64,000 nt of DNA from Macrostomum lignano (taxonomy: Eukaryota), in the NCBI GenBank assembly GCA_002269645.1, contig NIVC01001371.1:1-64000 (forward strand), read 5' to 3'. The translations under genes were made by a program, and so were the position numbers. The notes beneath the pieces were generated by a model, which saw only the letters and a list, made by a program, of their open reading frames with translations, ran no database searches and was not told the origin of the DNA. Below, piece after piece: positions 35,601-47,600 of this stretch (its first letter is position 1; each line of letters starts with the position of its first letter).

Positions 35601-38600
35601 GTTCAAAGTGTACATGTGAGTGGCTGGCGCCAAAATCATCATGTTCAAAGTGTGCATGTGAGTGGCTGGCGCCAAAATCAGCATGTTCAAAGTGTACATG
35701 TGAGTGGCTGGCGCCAAAATCATCATGTTCAAAGTGTACATGTGAGTGGCTGGCGCCAAAATCAGCATGTTCAAAGTGTACATGTGAGTGGCTGGCGCCA
35801 AAATCAGCATGTTCAAAGTGTACATGTGAGTGGCTGGCGCCAAAATCATCATGTTCAAAGTGTACATGTGAGTGGCTGGCGCCAAAATCAGCATGTTTGG
35901 ATTGTCTGCAAGATCGTAGAAAAATGGTTTGTCAGCTGTCTTATTCTTAAATCGCTTAAAAATACATGTACATACATGTACATTTCCAATGCATTTACTA
36001 ACTAAGCTGGAGAGAACCTGTTGTCAAATGTGCCTTACCTCAACCTATAGTATTTATATAATATATATTCAATCTAATAGCAAGCAACTGATACTAAGAA
36101 TTAGACAAGCTCTTAAACAAAAAAGCCACAATGACAATAACTAACAGGCTACGCCTACTGCGGCCCAAGACGGGCCACAGTCTCCGCAGTTGATGATGTT
36201 GTTAGCAGTTTTGGCCTAACGGCCAGGCCGCCAGCCTTGTCTAACTCAACTAGGCAGCGCCGCGACTCTGCTGCAGGTATTTCTTGATCGCGTTTTTTCT
36301 CATAAAAACTACAGAAAGAAGACACGACCTTGGAGGTTTTTAGGTTGAGACAAGATTAAAATTAGACAAGCGAGCTTAATTGAGTCTTATGTGTTTCCCT
36401 ATGCGTCGCCAGAGTGTTTGCAGTTTTTTCCCACTGATTTCTCTTGCTCTCTCAGTCTGTCAGTCTGTCTAACTCGAAAATTTTGGTTCCATGCATTTAT
36501 TTAATCTATTAAGAGTGGGCGGCTGGCTCGTTGGTGTTTTCCTTCTTACTTCAGTGTTATCTCAATGAGGTCAATTGGCCGTATATTGCATTCAGTGTAA
36601 ATTATTAGCTGCACCAATGTTAATGCACATGGTATGTGTTATAATATATTCTATACACACACTGGCACTGGGGTAGGGTTCTACGCATAATTTGATACAT
36701 ACCCAGTGGTGTGTCAAATCTGATGCGGCCTCTGATTTCGTATTTCGCCTTAAAATGTATACCCCACTGTCATACTTGTGGTGTTGTTAATTCTTACTAG
36801 CTTTAAACGGTGTTTTTTTGTCCGTGTCTTTGTCATATTTGCTGTCTTAAATTCTGGAATCGATTTTTTATGATTTATATGTGTTATAAGTATCGGAACC
36901 CTTTATTGTGTTGAGTTGTTTTTTTTGCTAACAACATTAACCACAATTCCCTGCAGGTGCCGGCTCTATTGACGAAGAGGGATTCCTGGCGGCTTTTGAA
37001 CAGGTGCCAAAAATTAATGTAAGTTTTGTTATACCGTTTGGGGCGCCGGGTTACCCCATTTTGAACAGATCGGTCTTTATCATTACCTCTGATATCCACA
37101 CTAGTCCTTCATTAGCCTCCCACAGGTCCTTCATTAGCCTCCCACTGGTCCTTCATTAGCCTCCCACAGGTCCTTCATTAGCCTCCCACTGGTCCTTCAT
37201 TAGCCTCCCACAGGTCCTTCATTAGCCTCCCACAGGTCCTTCATTAGCCTCCCACTGGTCCTTCATTAGCCTCCCACTGGTCCTTCATTAGCCTCCCACT
37301 GGTCCTTCATTAGCCTCTCACTGATCCTTCATTAGCCTCCCACTGGTCCTTCATTAGCCTCACACTGGTCTTTCATCACGAGCGTGCCCTTCGCTGATTC
37401 TTTATTGGCACTGCCACCACCTTCCCAGGTGTACAGCAACCGAGATGCCATCGAGTGTCTGAACCGGATTCGCGACACTCTATCCAGCAGCGCCTCCGAG
37501 GACTGGGAAAAACGTGTCGACGCAATGAAACAGCTGCGCTCCCTGTTGCTAGCCGGCGGTCCCGAGTTCGAAGACTTTCTTCCCACGCTCCGATCCCTAG
37601 CCGTTCCATTTCGAGGCTGTATTTCCGATCTTCGCTCTCAGGTTGTTCGAGAAGCCTGCATAACTATTGCCCACCTGGCTAGTTGCCTTGGCAACCGGTT
37701 TGACCAATTCGCCGAGCCGATTATGGAACCGTTGTTAGCGTTGCTAGGCAACACTGCCAAGATTGTGGCCACATGCGGAATGGTGAGTCTAATGACTTGT
37801 TATGGTGGACTCATCAATGAGAGAATCGGATTGCGAATCTCACCCATGGATAAGAGAATCGGATTGCGAATCTCACCAATCAATGAGAGAATCGGATTGC
37901 GAATCTCACCCATCGATGAGAGAATCGAATTGAGAATCTCACCCATTGATGAGAGAATCGGATTGCGAATCTCACCCATCGATGAGAGAATCGGATTGAG
38001 AATCTCACCCATCGATGAGAGAATCGGATTGCGAATCTCACCCACCAAAAGAATAGGAAAGTTCTGCTGGCACAGGTTAGAGATGGAAATAACTTTTTGT
38101 CTCGTTAATAACGGCTCTAACTGCGCATTAAAAATATGCGTTAATAAAATTGCTTACTAAAGTCTGAATTAAAGTTAAGACCCGACCACAGACTGACGGT
38201 TGCAAATGCTAAAGAAACAAAATATAATAGCAGCATGCAGGTTTTCCAAGCCCGCTTATTTGTTTAAGCGCGCTACTTTAAGGACTGAGCCAACTCTGTA
38301 CAGCTTTCAAGCTGAAAAGGTCCTTCGAAAGCTACTTATTTATTTATATAGACCCGGTGATAGAAAGCAAATCAATACCTGAGCTTATTACCTTTTCGTT
38401 AAAGCTGTTATAATTGCTACAGTAGGCCATTAATGTGCTAGGAAGAGAATGTCGAAAATTTTAGATGAATTCATTGATATAATAATTAAAAATATATGAT
38501 AAGTGCTGCAAGTTAAGCAGGGTTGGCCGGGGTTAGTACGTTGCTGAATAAGCTTTATTGCGTGACCGCCTAAGTCACGTAGGAGATCCGACAATACTGG

Positions 38601-41600
38601 CGCATTTACTTAAACCGTTGAAAACGTTACCGTGACAAGAATCGCTTAAAAGTCATTGCAAACAACTCACTAGTGAGTCTAGCAACTCTGGCGACTCTTG
38701 TGTGTCAAACGAATTTAATGCGACAGAGAGACGGCTGTCGTCTAGAGAGACGCTTCACGTGAGTTGCAGAATCGTGAAAGAGTCGTTGTGCTGGTGCTTA
38801 ACTTCCTATTATCTTAAGTAGACTAAATAGAGTTATAAATGCTAAATGCGATTCTAATTCATGAAGTGACGCTGATGCGCTTTAGACACAACTCAGTGAT
38901 TCTACAGCAACTCTAGCCAGTACGCCTCAAATTGACTCTTTAACGACTTTTTCTACCGTGAAATCTCGCCGTTTTAGAGTCGTCTAGAGTCGCTTCTTAC
39001 TATTTTGCCTGTTACCTGCAACGACGCAAGTGACGCGAGTGACTCTGGGACGCTTCTTACCTGAGGTACCTTCTCCTTTGTTATCCATCCACACCCGCCT
39101 TGCCATTCTCAGGTGTGCACCTCCCTGCTGCTGCGGTACACTCAGAGCCACCGCCTCCTGCCCAGCCTGTTGGCACTCGGCCAAGCAAAATCGGCCATCC
39201 AGAGACGCTGCGTTGCCGAATTAATGGCCGACCAGGTAGGCGATTTTGCTATTACTGCTAATTATTGGGTCTATAGGGAATGGAACTCTGTGCCAGTCTC
39301 TTCCGTGGGTATCTCAAACTTCTAGCACTGTTTTAACTGGATTTTCCATTTCGGATATCGGGTGTTAAAATCTGGCGCCAAACTGGGAATCGGGTGCCGA
39401 AATCTGGCGCCAAACTGGGAATCGAGTGTTAAAATCTGGCGCCAAATTGGGTATCGAGTGTTAAAATCTGGCGCCAAACTGGGAATCGGGTGCTAAAATC
39501 TGGCGCCAAACTGGGTATCGGGTGCCGAAATCTGGCGCCAAACTGGGAATCGAGTGTAAAAATCTGGCGCCAAACTGGGAATCGGGTGTTAAAATCTGGC
39601 GCCAAACTGGGAATCGGGTGCCGAAATCTGGCGCCAAACTGGGAATCGAGTGTTAAAATCTGGCGCCAAATTGGGTATCGAGTGTTAAAATCTGGCGCCA
39701 AACTGGGAATCGGGTGCTAAAATCTGGCGCCAAACTGGGTATCGGATGCTGAAATTTGGCGCCAAAATCAGCGCCAACCAGGGGCGCCAATCGGGTTTAC
39801 TCTACTATTTCGTCACTAATCGGACCCGCAGGTCCTGGCCAGCTGGCCTGCGCACGCGCTCGAACGCCAGCTGCCCGGCCTGCTGGACTGGCTGCGCCGC
39901 TGCCTCACAGACGCCGATCAGGAGGCCCGATCGAATGGCCGGCGGGCATTCTGGCGATTCGGCAGGCAGTTCTGGGCCCAGGCGGCCAGCATTTTAAACG
40001 GCTGCGATTCGCGCACCCGGGCCGCTATTGAGCGGGTCCGACCGTCCGACATGCCGGCTCCGGCCGCGCCTGGCGCCACGGCCGCTTCCAGGGCGCCGCA
40101 ATCGACGCCGGCAAGTCGGGGCGCTTCGCCACCACGCAGCGGCCGCGGCGGCCCCAGATCGCAGGTGAGATTTTATTCTCTCACTGGTTGTAGGGGTGAG
40201 ACTCCGGTTGTTGCATCACATCTTCTCACTGGTTGTAAGGGTGAGATTCTCTTTTCTCACTTGTTGATGGGGTGAGACTCCGGTTGTTGCATCACATCCT
40301 CTCACTGGTTGCAGGGGTGAGACTCCGGTTATTACATCACATCCTCTCACTGGTTGCAGGGGTGAGACTCCGGTTATTGCATCACATCCTCTCACTGGTT
40401 GCAGGGGTGAGACTCCGGTTATTGCATCACATCCTCTCACTGGTTGCAGGGGTGAGACTCCGGTTATTGCATCACATCCTCTCACTGGTTGCAGGGGTGA
40501 GACTCCGGTTTAGGATAGGATAAAAGCTGTCCCCGCAGCTCAGCAAGCCGCATGCATTCCACTCCGTGTCGCGCAGGCCTCCAGCCGGGGCTCCTCGCCG
40601 CCTCGGTCCGGCATCCCGGTGCCGATGAACTCCTCGACACCGGCGCCCGCCGGCTCATCCTCGCTGCGCCGATCCTCGCAGGGCGCAGGCGGCGGTGGCG
40701 GCGGCTCGATCTCGGCTCGCAGCTCCTTCCGCGGCGGCCGGCAGCGAGTTGAACAGCAGGCGGCGGCGCAGTCCGCTCTGGCCGAGGCGCTGCAGTTCAA
40801 ACTGCAACAGCGGCGTCAGACTGGCGACGGTGACGACGCAAGCGAGACGTCGTCCGTTTGTTCGGACGCTTCGTTCAAGTCGTTCACGGTGAGTTTTAGG
40901 CAGACTGTTCGCAGCGGGATCTGGGGAGTTCACTAACGTTGGAGCGTTTGTAAGCTCAAAAGATTGAGCTCGACGCTTTGCAGGTTCGAACTTTTTAATG
41001 AGCTCAATAGCCTATATGCTCGAAATTTCACGTCATCGAAATGGAAAAGAAGTGACTAGCATTAATTTTTTCGACGATGTTAAAGATTTCAAGCTTGTGA
41101 ATTAAGTTTCTTACTACTGTAAGTAGCTGAGTTTTATATTTAAAAGCGATCCTGCGCGTCACTTATCTGTCTGCCACTTTTACACCAATAAGAATTTCCG
41201 CCATTCTAACAAGTGATCCCTTTATGCAGGTTGGATCTCTGGCAAACGGGCCTTGTCTCTTAATAATATGCCAGTATGTAATTTGAGCTTTGCAACCCTC
41301 TAGAAAGCTTTTCAGTTTTATTTTTTGTTTATTACAGTCGACTGCTTTAGTTACTTAAAGTAGCTCTGTGAGTTTTCTGTTATACTTAAAATTATTTGAT
41401 AAATTTTATCCAACATCGCAGAGCTGCTACACTGGACGCAGATTTGTAGCCCGAATCAGCAAGGTAAAAGCATTATTCAGGTGGTACTTTTTAGTACTTT
41501 TTTCTAGTCATTTTTGTGTGTGCGTTTATGGTTCTCGTCATTATCTAGTTTTATTCCTTTATTCATGGTTTCGACGGTCTTCTTATTCTAGCTCCTTTTT

Positions 41601-44600
41601 TATTCCTTTTGTTCTTTCGCATTTGATAGATTAGCAATCCATTCTGTTCCTTCACATGGGATTGATTAGCAATCCATTTTGATCCTTCACATGGGATAGA
41701 TTAGCAATCCATTTTGATCCTTCACATGGGATAGATTAGCAATCCATTTTGATCCTTCACATGGGATTGATTAGCAATCCATTCTGCTCCTTCACATGGG
41801 ATAGATTAGCAATCCATTCTGCTCCTTCACATGGGATAGATAAGCAATCCATTTTGATCCTTCACATGGGATTGATTAGCAATCCATTCTGCTCCTTCAC
41901 ATGGGATAGATAAGCAATCCATTTTGATCCTTCACATGGGATAGATTAGCAATCCATTTTGATCCTTCACATGGGATAGATTAGCAATCCATTCTGCTCC
42001 TTCACATGGAATAGATTAGCAATCCATTCTGATCCTTCACATGGGATAGATTAGCAATCCTGAGGGTGTTGGTGTTTTATTTCCTTAACTTAGTAGATTA
42101 TATACCATTATATTTATTGTAGTGTGTATTTTTGTTGTCGAACTTGTATGAGTGTTTTTATTTAATTGTATGTAATGCTATTAAAAATGCACAAAAACCC
42201 ACTGTGTTGATGTTGTCTTTTACAGCATGCATATTTATTGTAAATGTATCATAAATGCTTGAATTATATACAAATTCATACATTGTGTGAATACTTGTAT
42301 AAGTTTTATCCACTTTGCACACACTATGTATTTAGTTTTCTTATCGTGTTTAACTTAGAAGTTGACATACACAAATCCTATGCAAACTCTTGGACTGAGT
42401 AAGTTTATATTTATTAGATTAGATGTTCACCACATTGCACACTAATACACCTCCTAGGTATTTAAATAAAACAATGTTTTTGCATTTTAGTTATCCACCC
42501 CTTCCAATACCTTCCAACACTTCAAAAAGCTGCCTCTGAACTGTCTTCAAAAAATCGCCCCTGAACTATAAGAAATCGCCCTGAATTATTGTCTATAAGA
42601 AATCGCCCCTGAACTGTCTTAAAAAATCGCCCCTGAACTACAAGAAATCGCCCCTGAATTACAAGAAATCGCCCCTGAACTACAAGAAATCGCACCTGAA
42701 CTACAAGAAATCTCCCCTAAAATATCTTTAAATAATCGCCCATGAACTACAAAAGATCGCCCCTGAACTATCTTCAAGAAATCGCCCCTGAACTATCTTC
42801 AAGAAATCGCCCCTGAACTATCTTCAAGAAATCGCCCCTGAACTATCTGCAAGAAATCGCCCCTGAACTATAAGAAATCGCCCTGAATTATTGTCTATAA
42901 GAAATCGCCCCTGAACTGTCTTAAAAAATCGCCCCTGAACTACAAGAAATCGCCCCTGAATTACAAGAAATCGCCCCTGAACTACAAGAAATCGCACCTG
43001 AACTACAAGAAATCTCCCCTAAAATATCTTTAAATAATCGCCCATGAACTACAAAAGATCGCCCCTGAACTATCTTCAAGAAATCGCCCCTGAACTATCT
43101 TCAAGAAATCGCCCCTGAACTATCTTCAAGAAATCGCCCCTGAACTATCTGCAAGTAATCGCCCCTGAACTATCTTCAAGAAATCCCCCCCTGAACTATC
43201 TTAAAGAAATCGCCCCTGAACTATCTTCAAGCAATCCCCCCTGAACTATCTTCAAGAAATCGCCCCTGAACTATCTTCAAGAAATCGCCCCTGAACTATC
43301 TGCAAGTAATCGCCCCTGAACTATCTTCAAGAAATCCCCCCTGAACTATCTTAAAGAAATCGCCCCTGAACTATCTTCAAGCAATCCCCCCTGAACTATC
43401 TTAAAGAAATCGCCCCTGAACTATCTTCAAGCAATCCCCCCTGAACTATCTTAAAGAAATCGCCCCTGAACTATCTTCAAGAAATCGCCCCTGAACTATC
43501 TTTAAGAAATCGCCCCTATCTATCATTAAAAATCGTCAGTAAACTGATATGAAGAATCGGCTCTGAACAACCTCAAAGCATCCAAACCTCCCAAACTCGC
43601 CGCCAGAACCTGGCCGAGATTCTTGCGCAGCTGCAATCGTCCGAATGGAGCTGCCGCCGCGACGGCCTGGCCAGCTTCAGCAGCTACCTGGCCAGGGAGG
43701 GCGGCCCGTCGCTGAATCAACTGGAATTGCGCCGGGTCTGCGACATCTTCGCTAAAATGTTTGGCGAACCCAACGGCCGGGTGATGCAGTTCTTTCTTGA
43801 GGCTTTGGCCGACTTTGTCACCCGCTATCACGGGGAGCTGCACGACTGGCTGTACACCCTGCTGGTGCGGCTTGTTGGCCGGATGGCTACGGAGACTCTG
43901 GCCAGTCAGCAGGCCAGGTTCCAGGTGAGAGGGATGCTGGGCTAGGGGAGATTTGGCGTTGGGGAGAATACTAATGGGGAAAATTGAGTATTGGGGAGAA
44001 TACTAATGGGGAATATTGGGTATTTGGGAGATTACTAATGGGGAAAATTGGGTATTGGGGAGATTACTAATGGGGAAAATTGGGTATTGGGGAGAATACT
44101 AATGGGGAAGATTGGGTATTTGGGAGATTACTAATGGGGACGATTGGGTAGTTGGCAGAATTCTAATGGGTAGGATTATATCTGTTGAAATTACTTATGG
44201 GAAATAAGGTAGCCAAATATTATTTCAATACAAGTACACTATACTACTATACTCGTATAGTACATTGTATAAAATAATACAATTATATCCCCGCAGACCG
44301 CCATGGAACGAGTTCAGCGAGCCTTTCCCATAACGCTGCAATTGCGCTGCCTGTTGCGCTTTTTAATCGATCAAAATCAGCAGCCGTCGCCGCGGGTGCA
44401 GGCCGCGCTGCTCCAGTGCCTGCTGCAGGTGGTCCGCCAGCTGCCAGCCGACGCTCTGGTGCCCTGGCGCAACCAGTCCGACCAGCCGGGGCAGGAGGCC
44501 CGCATCGCTCTGTCGCGCCTGACCACGCTGACCAAGGATCCGAAATCGCCTGATGTCCGCCGGCTGTCACAGGCTGTGTTGGCTGCTCTGTTCGACTTGA

Positions 44601-47600
44601 ATCCCGGATGCTTTAGCGCTGTACTCAAGGAGATGCAGCCGACTATACAGCAGCGGGCTACGGATGTGCTCAGGCTGCAGCTGGGGCCCAAGGCCGCCGG
44701 TGTTGGGTGAGTGTTCTAGGCTCAGATTTCCAGAGCTGTTGTGTTCTAACTAGGGTGAGATTTCCAGAGCTATTGTGTTCTAACTAGGGTGAGATTTCCA
44801 GAGCTGTTGTGTTCTAACTAGGGTGAGATTTCCAGAGCTGTTGTGTTCTAACTAGGGTGAGATTTCCAGAGCTGTTGTGTTCTAACTAGGGTGAGATTTC
44901 CAGAGCTGTTGTGTTCTAACTAGGGTGAGATTTCCAGAGCTATTGTGTTCTAACTAGGGTGAGATTTCCAGAGCTGTTGTGTTCTAACTAGGGTGAGATT
45001 TCCAGAGCTGTTGTGTTCTAACTAGGGTGAGATTTCCAGAGCTGTTGTGTTCTAACTAGGGTGAGATTTCCAGAGCTGTTGTGTTCTAACTAGGGTGAGA
45101 TTTCCAGAGCTGTTGTGTTCTAACTAGGGTGAGATTTCCAGGGCTGTTGTGTTCTAACTAGGGTGAGATTTCCAGAGCTGTTGTGTTCTAACTAGGGTGA
45201 GATTTCCAGAGCTGTTGTGTTCTAACTAGGGTGAGATTTCCAGAGCTGTTGTGTTCTAACTAGGGTGAGATTTCCAGAGCTGTTGTGTTCTAACTAGGGT
45301 GAGATTTCCAGAGCTGTTGTGTTCTAACTAGGGTGAGATTTCCAGAGCTGTTGTGTTCTAACTAGGGTGAGAATTTCAGAGATGTTGTGTTCTAACTAGG
45401 GTGAGATTTCCAGAGCTGTTGTGTTCTAACTAGGGTGAGATTTCCAGAGCTGTTGTGTTCTAACTAGGGTGAGATTTCCAGAGCTGTTGTGTTCTAACTA
45501 GGGTGATAATTTCAGAGATGTTGTGTTCTAACTAGGGTGAGATTTCCAGAGCTGTTGTGTTCTAACTAGGGTGAGATTTCCAGAGCTGTTGTGTTCTAAC
45601 TAGGGTGAGAATTTCAGAGATGTCGAGTTCTAGGGTGAGATTTCCAGAGCTGTTGTGTTCTAACTAGGGTGAGATTTCCAGAGCTGTTGTGTTCTAACTA
45701 GGGTGAGATTTCCAGAGCTGTTGTGTTCTAACTAGGGTGAGATTTCCAGAGCTGTTGTGTTCTAACTAGGGTGAGATTTCCAGAGCTGTTGTGTTCTAAC
45801 TAGGGTGAGATTTCCAGAGCTGTTGTGTTCTAACTAGGGTGAGAATTTCAGAGATGTCGAGTTCTAGGGTGAGATTTCCAGAGATTTAGAGTTCTAAGGG
45901 GAGATTTCCAGGAATTTAGAGTTCTGTGATGAGATTTCCAGGATTGTACAGTTCTAGGGTGAGATTTCCAGAGATTTGTAGTTCTATGGTGAGATTTCCA
46001 GGGATGTAGAGTTCTATGGTGAGATTTCCAGGGATGTAGAGTTCTTGGGGGAGATTTCCAGGGATTGTAGACTAATATTCTAGACAAGGCTTTATTGGTG
46101 CTATTTTGAGTGAGACTACTGAGACTTTAAAGAAAGTGTTAAAAAGCAGATTTTTGTCCTGATAATACCAGCGCGTTACCAATATTTGCTAGTAGCCAAA
46201 ACTAACAGCTATCATTGCTGAATTCTCAGCGCCGACTCAGCCTCAGCTTCATCAGCCGCATCGTCATCATTGTATCGCGTATCGCCTCTCCTGTCCCGTC
46301 GCACCCGACTTGGCCAGCTTAGGTAGCGATTAAGTGCTAATCTGCAAGAAAAACACTATTAATTTCCTTGATCTTGTGCGCGTATTTTCTCTGAAAATCG
46401 AATGCTATGTGTACACGGGATTAATAGACATCGCAAATTATCCCAGTTTTAATTTATATTGCAACAAACTTCCTATACACTCTGCATGCCGTCTATTTCT
46501 GAATATTTTTTGGTATTTACGATTTTGCTAATCATACTACTGGACTTTTGCTGCGTCAGTAGTGCAGATTGAATTTTACAATCTATTGTTATAATTGGAA
46601 ATTGAAAAATTATTAATTCATACAGGTCGGATCTTCCCGCATCTGCTGAGACGCCCCAGAAGCAGCAGCAGGTGTCTGGGCCGCGAAGTTCTGCTGCAGC
46701 GACGCCCGCGCCGTTGTCTGCTCGCGGCGGAGTCACCAGACCAGCCGCCGCTGTGGTCCGACGGGCCGCTCCCGCAACCCCCGCCGCCGCCGCTGCTGCA
46801 AACGCCGCCGCGGATGCCGGCGACGGTTCGGACGACTTGCTTAACAGCATCCACATGGCGGCGCTCAATCTGCAGTCCTTCACTCGGACAGCCGAAGACG
46901 CTGACGCGACTGAAAACAAGGCGCCACTTATTGAAGCTCTGCCGGCGCCAACTCCGGTCAGGCCCGCCCAGCTGGCCAATGGCCGCGCCCCAGCCTCTGC
47001 TTTGCAGCCTTCGCGGCAACAGCAACAACAGCAGCCGCCGCTGACTGCTGGTGGACCGCGTCAACAGCAGGCGACTGTCGCGGAGGTGACCTCAACTCCG
47101 TCGCGTTTCCAGCCTGTGCAAAAGCAGCAGCAGCAGCAGCAGCAGCAGGCTCCGCCTGCGCCGCCACCTGCTGCATTACAGTCTACTCTTGGCCAGCCAG
47201 ACTTTGAAGATTTCGACGATGATGAAGAATTATTGGACGACGACGACGAGGATATTGATGGTGAGACAACTCTGGATTGTGTGCTCACCTCTGGCGTTAG
47301 ATGCCTGCGCAGTACATTATATACGAAATAAACTTGCCGTTACACAGCTGTGATTGATCTCCTAGGGTGAGACTTCTCTGAATCTCCTAGGATGAGATTT
47401 CCCCGAATCTCCTAGGGTGAGATTTCTCTGAATCTCCTAGTGTGAGTTTTTTCTGATAAATCTCCTAGGGTGAGATTTGCCTGAATCTCCTAGGGTGATA
47501 TTTTTTTAATCTGCTAGGGTGGGATTTCTCTGATAAAATCTCCTAGGGTTAGATTTCTCTGAATCTCCTAGGGTGGGATTTCTCTGATATTCATAAATCC

